DNA of 64,000 nt, from positions 768,001 to 832,000 of the forward strand of contig CAVVYR010000006.1 in the NCBI GenBank assembly GCA_963752475.1, read 5' to 3'. The first letter of the stretch is position 1, and the number at the start of each line of letters is the position of its first letter. This document shows, one piece after another, positions 23,377 to 33,652 of the stretch. The DNA is from an uncultured Chloroflexia bacterium (lineage in GTDB: Bacteria; Chloroflexota; Limnocylindria; Limnocylindrales; CSP1-4). The translations under genes were made by a program, and so were the position numbers. The notes beneath the pieces were generated by a model. That model saw only the letters and a list, made by a program, of their open reading frames with translations, was not told the DNA's origin and did not search any database.

Positions 23377-25119
23377 ATGGGACTCTTGAACGACGAGGTC
23401 CTCGGACAGCAGCTCGGAGATGACTCGTTCCCGATCGAGTGGGCATCCGAAGACGAGAAGCGCCTGTTCTGGGTCTACGACGACCTGCACTGCCCCAAGC
23501 CTTTGAGCCCGATGTACGAAGACATCGGCGGCTGGTGGCTCTCCTGTGATCACATGTTCCGCCGCTTCGGCACGCCGTTCGCGACAGACTGGATCTACAA
23601 GAACATCAACGGCTACCTTTACACGACTGCCATCCCAGCCGAGGCCGGCCTGAAGTTCGAGACCCAGGAGTACAACTACCGCACGAATCCGATCGTGCCG
23701 GAGATGGGTGACGCGGACTACGCCGAGAAGATCGGCGGATACCTCAACGCCACGCTCGGCGTCTACGGCCAGAACTTCGCCGGCTGGTGGGAGACCCGCT
23801 TCGTGCCGGAGATGCAGCGGAACTTCGACTACATCGAGATGATGCTCGACCAGAAGGACGAGCTCAGCCTGGCGGATCTGGCGGTCCTCCTCGAGGACGC
23901 CATCGATATGCACGATCGCCATTGGAAGATCCACTGGATGCTCAACTTCGCGCAGCTGAGCGCGACGCTGAACCTCCGTGCGGTGATGGAAGAGACCCAC
24001 GGCCAGGCCGACGAGGTCCTCCTGGGCCGGCTGCAGAACAGCGCGAGCGACCGAAACTGGGACAAGATCCGCGCCCTCTGGGAGATGAAGGAAGAGATCA
24101 AGGGCGACGCTGAGCTGGCCCAGCTCTTCAGTGCCGAGACCGCCATCGAGATCCGACCGGCGCTCGAGGCCAGCCCCCGCGGGCAGCGCTTCATCGACGA
24201 GCGTATCGTGCCCTACCAGAAGGAGTTCGGCTGGCACGCTGTCTGGAGCCACGAGTTCGTGTTCCCCACCTTCCGTGAGGACATGACCCCCATCATCCAG
24301 CTCGTCCGCGACCAGTACGGCGAGGACTACGACTTCCAGAAGGCCATCGGCGACCTCAAGGCGGATATCGATGCCGCTGCGGTCGAGATCCTCGAGGGCC
24401 TTGAGGGCGAGGCGCTCGAGAAGATGCGCGCGGCCAACGAGATCAACCTCAAGATGGCACCGCTCACCCCGGACCACCACTTCTACATCGACCAGGGTGC
24501 CAACGCGCACGTGCGCCTCGTGCTCGTGGCCATCGGCGAGAAGCTCGTCGAGATGGGGGCGCTGGACAAGGCCGACGACGTGGTCATGTTCCGCTACAAC
24601 CAGCTTCGTGCCTTCATCGGCGATCCCGACAGCATGGATGGCAAGGCCATCGCCGCCGCCGCTCGGGAGAAGTGGCATGCCGCCGAGAAGGTGCAGCCGC
24701 TCGATTGGGTCGGTACGGCCACCGAGACCCAGCTCGCCTTCCCGTACCTCAACCTCTGGGGCTTCCCGGACAAGTTCCATCGCTCCCAGGAAAAGGTCGC
24801 GGGGCAGGTCTCGGGCATCGCCGGATCGCCTGGTGTGGTCGAGGGCATCGCTCGGGTCGTCGACTCCGAGGCCGAGTTCGACAGCCTGCAGGTGGGCGAG
24901 ATCCTCGTCTGCCAGATGACCAACCCGGCCTGGCAGGTGCTCTACGGCAAGATCATCGCCGTGGTCACCGATGCCGGCGGTACCGTCTCGCACCCGGCGG
25001 TCCTCGCCCGCGAGTACGGCATCCCGGCGGTGGTGGGTACCTCCAGCGGCACCCGCGACATCAAGACCGGTGATCGCATCCGCGTCGACGGCAACGGCGG
25101 CGTGGTCACGATCCTCTAG
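23377..25119 (+). CDS. PEP-utilizing enzyme mobile-domain protein (substrate-binding plus phospho-His swivel, no ATP-grasp)
   Basis: C-terminal SPGVVEG.ARV, T.PAW, VTDAGGTVSHPAVLAREYGIPAVVG; N-terminal W..D..H.P.P.SP as in RPH/PpsA-type substrate domains. Confidence 0.85.
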   Translation: MGLLNDEVLGQQLGDDSFPIEWASEDEKRLFWVYDDLHCPKPLSPMYEDIGGWWLSCDHMFRRFGTPFATDWIYKNINGYLYTTAIPAEAGLKFETQEYNYRTNPIVPEMGDADYAEKIGGYLNATLGVYGQNFAGWWETRFVPEMQRNFDYIEMMLDQKDELSLADLAVLLEDAIDMHDRHWKIHWMLNFAQLSATLNLRAVMEETHGQADEVLLGRLQNSASDRNWDKIRALWEMKEEIKGDAELAQLFSAETAIEIRPALEASPRGQRFIDERIVPYQKEFGWHAVWSHEFVFPTFREDMTPIIQLVRDQYGEDYDFQKAIGDLKADIDAAAVEILEGLEGEALEKMRAANEINLKMAPLTPDHHFYIDQGANAHVRLVLVAIGEKLVEMGALDKADDVVMFRYNQLRAFIGDPDSMDGKAIAAAAREKWHAAEKVQPLDWVGTATETQLAFPYLNLWGFPDKFHRSQEKVAGQVSGIAGSPGVVEGIARVVDSEAEFDSLQVGEILVCQMTNPAWQVLYGKIIAVVTDAGGTVSHPAVLAREYGIPAVVGTSSGTRDIKTGDRIRVDGNGGVVTIL

Positions 25120-25139
25120 CGATCGGGGAAGCAGCCATC

Positions 25140-25859
25140 ATGACGGACGAAGCGGGAATCACTCGTAGCGTCCTCAGCGAGCAGGTCAAGGGTCGCCTCC
25201 TACAGGCGATCCTTGACGGCCGCTACCCGCCCGGAGCCCGGATCGTGGAGACACGCGTGGCCAAGGAGTTCGGCACCAGCCAGGCTCCGGTGCGCGAGGC
25301 GCTGCGCGATCTCGAAGCGCTGGGCGTGGTCGAGACCGCGCCGTTCAAGGGTGCCCGGGTACGGCGGCCCTCCATCGAGGAACTGCTCGAAGCCTTCGAG
25401 GTGCGCGCCATCCTCGAGGGCCACGGCGCCGTCCTGGCCATGGAGAACCTGAACGGCGACGACCTTGGCCGGTTGGCCGAGCTGACCGAGGAGATGCATG
25501 CGGCCGCGGAGGATAGCGATCCCTATCGCGAAGCCACTGCGGACACCCAGTTCCACCGCATCATCATGCACCACTCCGGGAACGCCACCCTGGAACGCGT
25601 CTGGTCCACGCTCGAGCCGTTCCTGCGGACCTACATCACGATCGTCTCGCCGGGGGTGGACCGCCGGGCGGTCGCCGACCGGCATCTGCCCATCATCGAA
25701 GCCTTGCGCCGGCAGAACCCGGACCTCATCGAGGAGGCCTTCCGGGTCCACTTCGAGGAGGCGGCCATGGCCCTGGCTGAGGTATGGCCCCATCACGAGG
25801 GCGGCACCGATGCCGCCGACAAGCCGCGGCCGGATGAGATGCCGGCCATCGCCATCTAG
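25140..25859 (+). CDS. GntR family regulator (FCD domain)
   Basis: wHTH A.EFGTSQAPVREAL..LE..G.V; FCD D..FH..I...SGN and H..IIEAL. Confidence 0.92.
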   Translation: MTDEAGITRSVLSEQVKGRLLQAILDGRYPPGARIVETRVAKEFGTSQAPVREALRDLEALGVVETAPFKGARVRRPSIEELLEAFEVRAILEGHGAVLAMENLNGDDLGRLAELTEEMHAAAEDSDPYREATADTQFHRIIMHHSGNATLERVWSTLEPFLRTYITIVSPGVDRRAVADRHLPIIEALRRQNPDLIEEAFRVHFEEAAMALAEVWPHHEGGTDAADKPRPDEMPAIAI

Positions 25860-25881
25860 CCCCCACAACCGAAAGGACAAC

Positions 25882-26769
25882 ATGCCAGAGCTCGTACTCA
25901 GCCAGGAGATGTCGGCCGGTCCGGCGCGCCTTCGGGTCGACGTCCTTGGCGGCCCGGCCCGCGATTCCATCGTCAGCGACATGGACTTCCTCAACTACCG
26001 CCTCGCGGCGGTGACGATGGAGGACGCGGTCACGGTCGCACAGCCCGACGTCATCTGGGACGTCGAAGCCGATGTCGACATCAGCTACGACGGCCACGCC
26101 ATGAAGCTCTCGGGCGAGTGGTCCGCCGGCGCCATCCAGAAGGTGCTCGTGACCATGCTGGCGCTGCGCATGGAGGCCGTAGGCCTGCACCCGTCGCACT
26201 CGTCCGCGGTGCGCTACCAGGACCAGTCGATCCTCTTCCTCGGCGGTGAGTCCAACCACGGCAAGTCGATGGGCCAGATCGAGGCCTGTCGTCGTGGGGG
26301 CTTGCTCATCAGCACCGAGACCACGGTCATCGACGAGGACATCAAGGCGGTCATGGGCTCCAAGTCCGTGTTCCTGCGTGAGAAGCGGGCCAAGGGCACC
26401 GAGCGTGCCGACAAGGCCGCACCGACACAGGGCGTGAACAAGTTCTGGGGCGACATGCCCACGTGGGAGGAGTACCCCGACGTCAGCGAGATCGACGTGG
26501 TCGTGCTGCCGGCCATCGATGGCAACTTCGACCCCAGCACCAAGAAGCTGGGCGACTTCGAGTCCCAGTTCCAGGCGCTGCACTCGCTGCAGAACTACTT
26601 CCTCACCAACGAGCTGCTGGCGCCGGGCTTCCCGATGCCGCTGACCGACACCGAGGCCCTGCGCAAGGCCCGAGCCGAGTTCTGCCTCAAGTTCGGTGAC
26701 CGACCCTTCTACTTCGTCCGCGCAGCCACCCCGCAGGTGCTGATGGATGAGGTCGACAAGATCCTCTAG
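25882..26769 (+). CDS. HPr-kinase-like P-loop protein, degenerate
   Basis: H.SAV....ILFLGGESNHGKS resembles the HprK-related Walker A context; STE in place of the usual DD; SD AAAGGA. Confidence 0.5.
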   Translation: MPELVLSQEMSAGPARLRVDVLGGPARDSIVSDMDFLNYRLAAVTMEDAVTVAQPDVIWDVEADVDISYDGHAMKLSGEWSAGAIQKVLVTMLALRMEAVGLHPSHSSAVRYQDQSILFLGGESNHGKSMGQIEACRRGGLLISTETTVIDEDIKAVMGSKSVFLREKRAKGTERADKAAPTQGVNKFWGDMPTWEEYPDVSEIDVVVLPAIDGNFDPSTKKLGDFESQFQALHSLQNYFLTNELLAPGFPMPLTDTEALRKARAEFCLKFGDRPFYFVRAATPQVLMDEVDKIL

Positions 26770-26790
26770 GCCGAACGGAGAGAGGGGACG

Positions 26791-27681
26791 ATGCGCAGGT
26801 TCGCCTATGAGCGACCCCGGTCGCTGGCCGAGGCCACGAGCCTCCTCGTGGAGGCGGGCGACGGTGCCCGCGTCCTGGCTGGTGGGACGGACCTCGTGGT
26901 GGGCCTGCGTGACGACTCCATCCGGCCCGAGGTCGTGGTCGATCTCAAGTGGGTCGAGGAGTTCAGCGCTGAGACCATCGTCCTTCGCGACGGGCTCTTC
27001 ACCTTCAACGCGCTCGCCACCATGACCCAGATCGAGCACGACGTGCGCGTGCTCGGTCAGCTGTCTGCGTTGGCCGAGGCTGCCCGCGTGGTGGGCTCGG
27101 TGCAGATCCGCAACCGAGCCACGCTCGCGGGCAACATCTGCAACGGCTCGCCCGCGGCTGACACGGCCCCGCCACAGCTGCTCTATGGCGCGGTCGTCGT
27201 CATCGCCGGACCCGACGGCGAACGTCGCCAGTCGGTCCACGAGTTCATGCTCGGTGCCCGACGGCCGGGACCCGACAGACGCAAGGTCGACCTGCGTATG
27301 GGCGAGTTGGTGACGGCCATCGAGATCCCGATTCCGGCGGCCGACTTCAGCGCGGCCTACACTCGCCTCGTCCGGCGCAAGGGCACCGACCTCGCCTCGA
27401 TCACCATGGGTGTCTCGGTCGACGGTGCGGGCGTGACCCAAGTGGCCTACGGCAGCGTCGGACCACGTCCATTCCTGACGTCTGACGACAGCGGCGTCCT
27501 GGCCGACCCGGCCGCGGATCCTGCCGCACGGGCGGCCATCCTCGACGAGCTGCTGAGCCAGGCCGTGCCCTCGCCGCGCTCGATCCGGGCAGGCCCCGAG
27601 TATCGACTGGCGATGTTGCCTGTCCTGGCCATGCGCGCGCTCGATGCCGCGCTCGAACGACGATCCCGGAGTGCCGCCTGA
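26791..27681 (+). CDS. Xanthine dehydrogenase family FAD subunit
   Basis: LAGGTDL; VGSVQIRNRATLAGNICNGSPAAD. Confidence 0.92.
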   Translation: MRRFAYERPRSLAEATSLLVEAGDGARVLAGGTDLVVGLRDDSIRPEVVVDLKWVEEFSAETIVLRDGLFTFNALATMTQIEHDVRVLGQLSALAEAARVVGSVQIRNRATLAGNICNGSPAADTAPPQLLYGAVVVIAGPDGERRQSVHEFMLGARRPGPDRRKVDLRMGELVTAIEIPIPAADFSAAYTRLVRRKGTDLASITMGVSVDGAGVTQVAYGSVGPRPFLTSDDSGVLADPAADPAARAAILDELLSQAVPSPRSIRAGPEYRLAMLPVLAMRALDAALERRSRSAA

Positions 27682-28178
27682 TGGCCGAGCGACGCAAGAT
27701 CAGCCTCGAGATCAACCGACGCGCGCGCGAACTCGACGTCGCCGTGCACCATACCCTCTTGGAGGTCCTGCGCGACGAGGTCGACCTCACCGGCACCAAG
27801 GAGTGTTGCGTGGTCGGCGAATGCGGCGCCTGCACCGTGCTGGTCGACGGGCAGTCGGTCAACTCCTGCCTGATGCTGGCGGTGGAGGCCGACGGCGCGC
27901 AGGTGCTGACCGTCGAGGGACTCGCGATCGACGGCGAGCTCGACCCGCTGCAGGAGGCCTTCCTCGACCAGAGCGCGGCCCAATGCGGCTTCTGCATCCC
28001 GGGCCAGCTGATGTCGGCCAGCGCCCTGCTCGACAAGATCGAGGACCCGTCCGACGAGCAGATCCAGGAGGCGCTGGCGGGCAACCTCTGCCGTTGTGCG
28101 GGCTACGAGCAGATCTTCAAGGCCGTTCAGCAGGCCGCGCGAGTCAGGCGTGGCACGGCAGAGGAGCCGAGGGCATGA
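27681..28178 (+). CDS. XDH family 2x[2Fe-2S] subunit
   Basis: GTKECCVVGECGACTV...SCL; QCGFC.PG; GNLCRC.GY. Confidence 0.95.
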   Translation: MAERRKISLEINRRARELDVAVHHTLLEVLRDEVDLTGTKECCVVGECGACTVLVDGQSVNSCLMLAVEADGAQVLTVEGLAIDGELDPLQEAFLDQSAAQCGFCIPGQLMSASALLDKIEDPSDEQIQEALAGNLCRCAGYEQIFKAVQQAARVRRGTAEEPRA

Positions 28179-30443
28179 GCGCCGAGCGCAAGATCGGCGT
28201 CTCGCCGCACCGGGTCGGCGGCTACGAACGCGTCACCGGCGCCCAGGAGTACCTCGCGGACATCCCCTTCGAGGATGTCCTCTACGCCAAGCTTGTGACC
28301 ATCCCGTGCGGGCGTGCGCGCCTCAACGACATCGACACCAGCGCCGCGGAGGCCATCCCCGGTGTGCGGCTGGTGATGACCGCTGCCGGTCTGCCCCAGC
28401 CGGTGCCTCGCTTCGGGCCGCAGTACCAGGATCGCCCGGTGCTGGCGGTGGGCGAGACGAAGTTCCACGGGGAGCCTGTCGCTGCCGTCGCAGCCGACAC
28501 CAAGGACGCGGCCGAGGAGGCTGCCCGACTCGTGGCGGTGGACTACGACGAGCTGCCGGGCGTGTATACGGTGGGCCAGGCGCTGGCCGACGATGCCCCG
28601 TTGGTGCGCGAGCCGGAGTTGCGCCCCGAGGACGACCCACATCGTGAGAGCAACGTGCTCACGACGCACGCGTTCGGTTGGGGCGACGTGGACGCGGCAG
28701 AGGCCGCCCTCGTCATCGATGAGACCTACTCCTTCCCCATGATCACCCACTTCGCCATCGAGCCGCACGGCTTTGCGGCCGCGCCGGTCGAGGACGGTAT
28801 CGCGATCTGGTCGACGATCCAGCACCCATACCTGCTCCAGAAGCTGATGGCCCGAGTGCTGGACCTGCCGCTGGCCAAGGTGCGTGTCTACGCGCCCGAT
28901 CCCGGTGGTGGCTTCGGCGGCAAGCAGAACATCAAGCTCGAGCCGCTGGTGGCCTTCATGGCGCTCGAGACCGGCCGCCCGGTGCGACTGGTGCTGACGC
29001 TGGACGAGTCATTCCAGGCCAACCGGCGCACCTCCGCCCAGATCCGCGTGCGCAGTGGCTTCACGACTGACGGCGCGCTCGTCTTCGAGGACATCATCAG
29101 CGACTACCTGCTCGGCGCCTATGCAGACATCGCGGACCGTGTCGTGTCGAAGAGTCAGTACGCTGGAGCCGGCCCGTACAAGATCCCCAGCGTGCGCATC
29201 GCCGCGCGTTCGATCCTCTCGAACACCACTCCGGCCATGGCCTTCCGTGGCTTCGGGACGCCGCAGGTCAACTGGGCGGTGGAGTCGAACATCGACGCTG
29301 CCGCCCGCGTGCTCGGCATCGACCGTGCCGAGATCCGACTGCGCAACCTGGCCACTCGTGGCGAGGAGATCATCCCCGGCGACACCCCCGCGGACGGGCT
29401 CTGGCACGAGACCGTCGAGGAGGCCATGGACATGATCGGTTGGGACGAGCCACTGCCCGCAGGCCATGGCCGCGGACTGGCGGTGGGCCTCAAGTCCAGT
29501 GCCACCACCGGGTCTCTCCTACTCCATCGTGCGGCTGCTCGCGGATGGCAGCGTGCTGGTCTTCGCCGGCACCAGCGATATGGGTCAGGGAGCGCGCACG
29601 ATCTTCGCCCAGATCGCGGCCAACGAGATGGGCGTGCCCATCGACCTGGTCACCGTGGTCATGGGCGACACCGCGGTCGTGCCCTATGACCAGCAGACAT
29701 CGGCCAGCCGGTCGACCGTCTTCATGGGCAACGCCATCATGCGTGCCTGTCGCGACATCCAGGCCCAGGTGGCGAAGATGGCGGCGGCGGCCGAGAGCGT
29801 CCCGGAGAGCCAGATCGTCGTGGGCGAGGGCGTGGTGAACCTGCCCGATCGTGACGTCTCGATCATCGACATCGTCGAGGCCGGACTGGGCAAGCTCGGC
29901 GGCGAGCTCATCGGCACGGGCATGTACCGCAAGGAGGTCCAGCCGGACCATCCTCTCGGCGGCAGCCCCGCGTTCTACGAGTTCAACTGCACGGCCGTGG
30001 AGGTCTCCGTGGACCAGGAGACCGGCCACATCACCATCCACGACCACGTCATCGTGGGTGACACCGGCAAGTCGCTCAACCCGCAGCAGGTCGCTGGGCA
30101 GGACGAAGGCGCAGCCATCATGGGCCTGGGGCACACGCTGATGGAACACATGATCCTGGCCGACAACGGCGTCATCCGGAACCTCGGTGCCATCGACTAC
30201 CGCATCCCCACGTCCATGGACCTGCCCTTGCACATGGAGAGCGCGGCCATCGAGAACGAGGACGGACCCGGTCCCTACGGCAGCAAGGGCGTGAGCGAGG
30301 GCGGCCTGCTCTCGGTCCAGTCCGCGGTGGGATCAGCGGTGGCAGAGGCTACCGGCGTGGTCATCCGCGATCTGCCCCTGACGCCCGAACACGTGTGGCG
30401 TTGCCTGCGGGACGCGCGCGCCGACGATCAAGCCAACGACTAG
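28175..30443 (+). CDS. XDH family molybdopterin-binding subunit (single frameshift ~29510)
   Basis: GGGFGGK and AFRGFG in the first frame; DMGQG, SASRST, GQ.EG, DY.IP and G.KGVSE in the second frame. One extra base in ACCGGGTCTC. Confidence 0.88.
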
Positions 30444-30464
30444 GGAGAGGACGAGGAGGACACC

Positions 30465-31373
30465 ATGGTGAGGCCAGAGGAGATGCCCAAGCCGGGCGAG
30501 GTCGGACCGATCAAGGACATGCCCGCAGAGCAGGTGGTCAAGGCCGCCTCCATGATCAAGCAGGGCAAGATGATCTCGCTCGCGGCAGCACGCTTCAACG
30601 GCATGCCGCTGTTTCCCGGCCACCCGCCGTTCCAGGTCATCAACGCCGTCAGCCCGCGCGGCATCGTGGCCGACGGTCGCCAGCCGTGGGGTCCAGTCAA
30701 CGACGCCAACCTTGGCTACATGGCCGAGTACCTCATGTGCACCTCTCACTCTGGCGCGCACATCGACGGCCTCGCACACATGACCATCGGCGAGGACATG
30801 CACTGGTATGGCGGCGGCCGCGCGGACAAGCATCTCGGCGACCATGGCCCGGTCTTCGGTGACGCGGCCAAGATGCCCCCGTTCTTCACCCGCGGGGTCT
30901 TCCTCGACGTGCCCACCTATCGCGGTGTGCCGCATCTCCAGACCGGCGAGCCCGTCGACGCCGCAGAACTGGAGGACATCGCCAAGGCCCAGGGTGTCGA
31001 GGTCCGACCGTGGGATGTGGTCGTCATCCGCACCGGCTACATGAGCCTGTGGCCCGACTACGACGCGATGATGGCCAACAAGACGGCCGGTCCCGACATC
31101 AGCGCCGCCGACTGGCTGCTGAAGAAGGGCGTCGTCGCGACCGGCACCGACACCGAGACCTACGAGGTCCAGCCCGCCCCCGACCCGGGCCCCGAAGGCA
31201 ATCCCCAGCCGGTGCACAAACATCTGCTCATCGACAACGGCATCTACCTCATGGAGAGCCTCGACCTGGAGGAGCTGTCCAGGGAGAAGCTCTACGAGTT
31301 CGCGTTCATCGCGCTGCCCCTGAAGATCCGTGGCACGACCGCCTCGATGGTCGACCCCGTCGCCGCTATCTGA
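30465..31373 (+). CDS. Cyclase / kynurenine formamidase-like metal hydrolase
   Basis: HSGAHIDGLAH, RGVFLD, D.V.IRTG, PVH..LL..GI..ME motifs. Confidence 0.88.
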   Translation: MVRPEEMPKPGEVGPIKDMPAEQVVKAASMIKQGKMISLAAARFNGMPLFPGHPPFQVINAVSPRGIVADGRQPWGPVNDANLGYMAEYLMCTSHSGAHIDGLAHMTIGEDMHWYGGGRADKHLGDHGPVFGDAAKMPPFFTRGVFLDVPTYRGVPHLQTGEPVDAAELEDIAKAQGVEVRPWDVVVIRTGYMSLWPDYDAMMANKTAGPDISAADWLLKKGVVATGTDTETYEVQPAPDPGPEGNPQPVHKHLLIDNGIYLMESLDLEELSREKLYEFAFIALPLKIRGTTASMVDPVAAI

Positions 31374-31437
31374 TCTGACCCGACGCACCCTGTCCGAAAC
31401 GCCCTCGCCCGCCCGTTCCCGAAAGGAGCCATCCCAA

Positions 31438-32496
31438 GTGACCGACACCATGCAGGCCCTCGTCGTCCTCGAGCCCGAGCGGTTCGAGATCCAGGAGGTG
31501 CCGGTGCCTGCGCCCGGGCCGATGGAGGTCCTCTGCCGGGTCAAGGCCGTGTCCATCTGCGGCACCGACTCGCACCTCATCGCGGGTGACTACCCGGGCT
31601 TCTGGCCGCCCGCGTTCCCGATCATCCCCGGCCACGAGTGGTCCGGCGAGATCGTCGAGCTCGGTCCCGGTGCCGAGAAGGCCGGCTGGAAGGTCGGCGA
31701 CCGCGTCGCGGGCACCAGCCACGATGCCTGCGGCGTCTGCCAGCAGTGCGTCGAGGGGCGCTACAACCTCTGCGAGAACTACGGCGTGATGGACCTCCAT
31801 CGCCAGTACGGCCACAACTACCAGGGTGCCGATGCCGAGTACGTGGTCCATGGCGTCAAGTGCATCTTCCCGCTGCCCGAGAGCGTGAGCTGGGAGGAGG
31901 GCGCCGTCATCGACCCCGCGTCGATCGCTCTGCACGTGGCGAACCGGGCCCAGATCCAGCCGGGGGACAACGTCGGCATCATGGGTGGTGGCGCCATCGG
32001 TCTGCTCGGAGGGGAGGCGGCCAAGATCCGCGGCGCTGGCCGTGTCATCGTCGTGGAGCCGTTGGCGCAGCGTCGCCAGAAGGCACTCGACATGGGCTTC
32101 GAGGTCATCGACTCCTCCGCCGGCGACGCCGGCGCCACGCTGCGCGAGATGACCGGCGGCCTGGGCGTCGACAGGATCATCGAGGCGGCCGGCGTGCCCA
32201 TCACCGTGCAGTGGTCGCTGGCAGCCCTGCGCAAGGGTGGCCGTATCGCCGCTGTCGGTATCCCCAACAAGGGTGTCGAGATCGACATGCGGGAGCTCGT
32301 GCTCTATGAGTTGGAGATCGCCGGCTCACGCGCGTCCGCAGGGGAGATGCGTCGCGTGATGCCGCACGTGGCGGACGGTCGCATGCGCCTCTCGCAGGTC
32401 ATGACCCACGAGTTCAGCCTGTCTGACTACGCCGACGCGCTGACCACCTTCCGAGATCCCGACTCGGGCGCCATCAAGATCATCATCAAGCCATAG
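31438..32496 (+). CDS. Zn-dependent (MDR) dehydrogenase, polyol/threonine DH-like, copy 1
   Basis: ICGTD, GHEWSG, CGVCQQC...C and GGGAIG motifs; GTG after AAAGGAG. Confidence 0.92.
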   Translation: MTDTMQALVVLEPERFEIQEVPVPAPGPMEVLCRVKAVSICGTDSHLIAGDYPGFWPPAFPIIPGHEWSGEIVELGPGAEKAGWKVGDRVAGTSHDACGVCQQCVEGRYNLCENYGVMDLHRQYGHNYQGADAEYVVHGVKCIFPLPESVSWEEGAVIDPASIALHVANRAQIQPGDNVGIMGGGAIGLLGGEAAKIRGAGRVIVVEPLAQRRQKALDMGFEVIDSSAGDAGATLREMTGGLGVDRIIEAAGVPITVQWSLAALRKGGRIAAVGIPNKGVEIDMRELVLYELEIAGSRASAGEMRRVMPHVADGRMRLSQVMTHEFSLSDYADALTTFRDPDSGAIKIIIKP

Positions 32497-33069
32497 CGAA
32501 AGGCGTGTTCGTGCAGAGCCTCCCCCCAACGCTGCCGAAGCCGACCGACCAGACAGCCGCAGACGCGCGGGCGCCTGCATGACCGACACCATGCAGGCCC
32601 TCGTCGTCCTCGAGCCCGAGCGGTTCGAGATCCAGGAGGTGCCGGTGCCTGCGCCCGGGCCGATGGAGGTCCTCTGCCGGGTCAAGGCCGTGTCCATCTG
32701 CGGCACCGACTCGCACCTCATCGCGGGTGACTACCCGGGCTTCTGGCCGCCCGCGTTCCCGATCATCCCCGGCCACGAGTGGTCCGGCGAGATCGTCGAG
32801 CTCGGTCCCGGTGCCGAGAAGGCCGGCTGGAAGGTCGGCGACCGCGTCGCGGGCACCAGCCACGATGCCTGCGGCGTCTGCCAGCAGTGCGTCGAGGGGC
32901 GCTACAACCTCTGCGAGAACTACGGCGTGATGGACCTCCATCGCCAGTACGGCCACAACTACCAGGGTGCCGATGCCGAGTACGTGGTCCATGGCGTCAA
33001 GTGCATCTTCCCGCTGCCCGAGAGCGTGAGCTGGGAGGAGGGCGCCGTCATCGACCCCGCGTCGATCGC
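31439..33069 (+). repeat. 490-nt direct repeat (31439-31928 = 32580-33069)
   Basis: The 5' halves of the two dehydrogenases read identical by eye at offset 1141. Off-frame ORFs 31586..31789 and 32727..32930 have identical translations. Confidence 0.9.
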
Positions 33070-33634
33070 CCTGCATTGCGCCCGGCGTGGTCGCATCAAG
33101 CCCGGAGACGATGTCGTGATCATGGGTGCGGGTCCGGTGGGCCTGCTCGCGGGCGATGCCGCGATGGCCATGGGCGCCGGCCACGTCATCGTCATCGGCC
33201 GCGGGCCGCGGCTGGAGAAGGCCCGCGCGATGGGCTTCTTCGGTGTGGACTCGACCGCGGTCGACGTGGTGACGGCCATCCGCGATCAGACCGACGGCCG
33301 GGGCGCAGACGTCGTCCTCGAGGCTGCGGGGACACCCACGACGCTGACCTGGTCGCTGGCGGCCCTGCGCAAGGGTGGCCGCATCGCCGCGGTCGGCATC
33401 CCCAGCGAAGGCGTCAGCATCGACATGCGCGAGCTCGTGCTCTACGAGCTGGAGATCGCAGGCTCACGCGCGTCGCGGGGAGAGATGCGGCGGGTGATGC
33501 CGCTCATTTCCGACGGTCGGATGCGTCTGGCCGAGATCATGACCCACGAGTTCCGGCTGGCCGACTTCGCTGACGCGCTGGCCGCATTCAGGGATCGCTC
33601 CAGCGGGGCGATCAAGATCACCATCAAGCCGTGA
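32579..33634 (+). CDS. Zn-dependent (MDR) dehydrogenase, copy 2
   Basis: Same Zn motifs as copy 1; Rossmann GAGPVG. Confidence 0.92.
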   Translation: MTDTMQALVVLEPERFEIQEVPVPAPGPMEVLCRVKAVSICGTDSHLIAGDYPGFWPPAFPIIPGHEWSGEIVELGPGAEKAGWKVGDRVAGTSHDACGVCQQCVEGRYNLCENYGVMDLHRQYGHNYQGADAEYVVHGVKCIFPLPESVSWEEGAVIDPASIALHCARRGRIKPGDDVVIMGAGPVGLLAGDAAMAMGAGHVIVIGRGPRLEKARAMGFFGVDSTAVDVVTAIRDQTDGRGADVVLEAAGTPTTLTWSLAALRKGGRIAAVGIPSEGVSIDMRELVLYELEIAGSRASRGEMRRVMPLISDGRMRLAEIMTHEFRLADFADALAAFRDRSSGAIKITIKP

Positions 33635-33652
33635 GGGGAGCACTGCGGACCG

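Noticed and set aside
29500-29525. Programmed frameshift in the molybdopterin subunit
   Set aside because: No slippery heptamer; an extra G in a short run is a simpler explanation.
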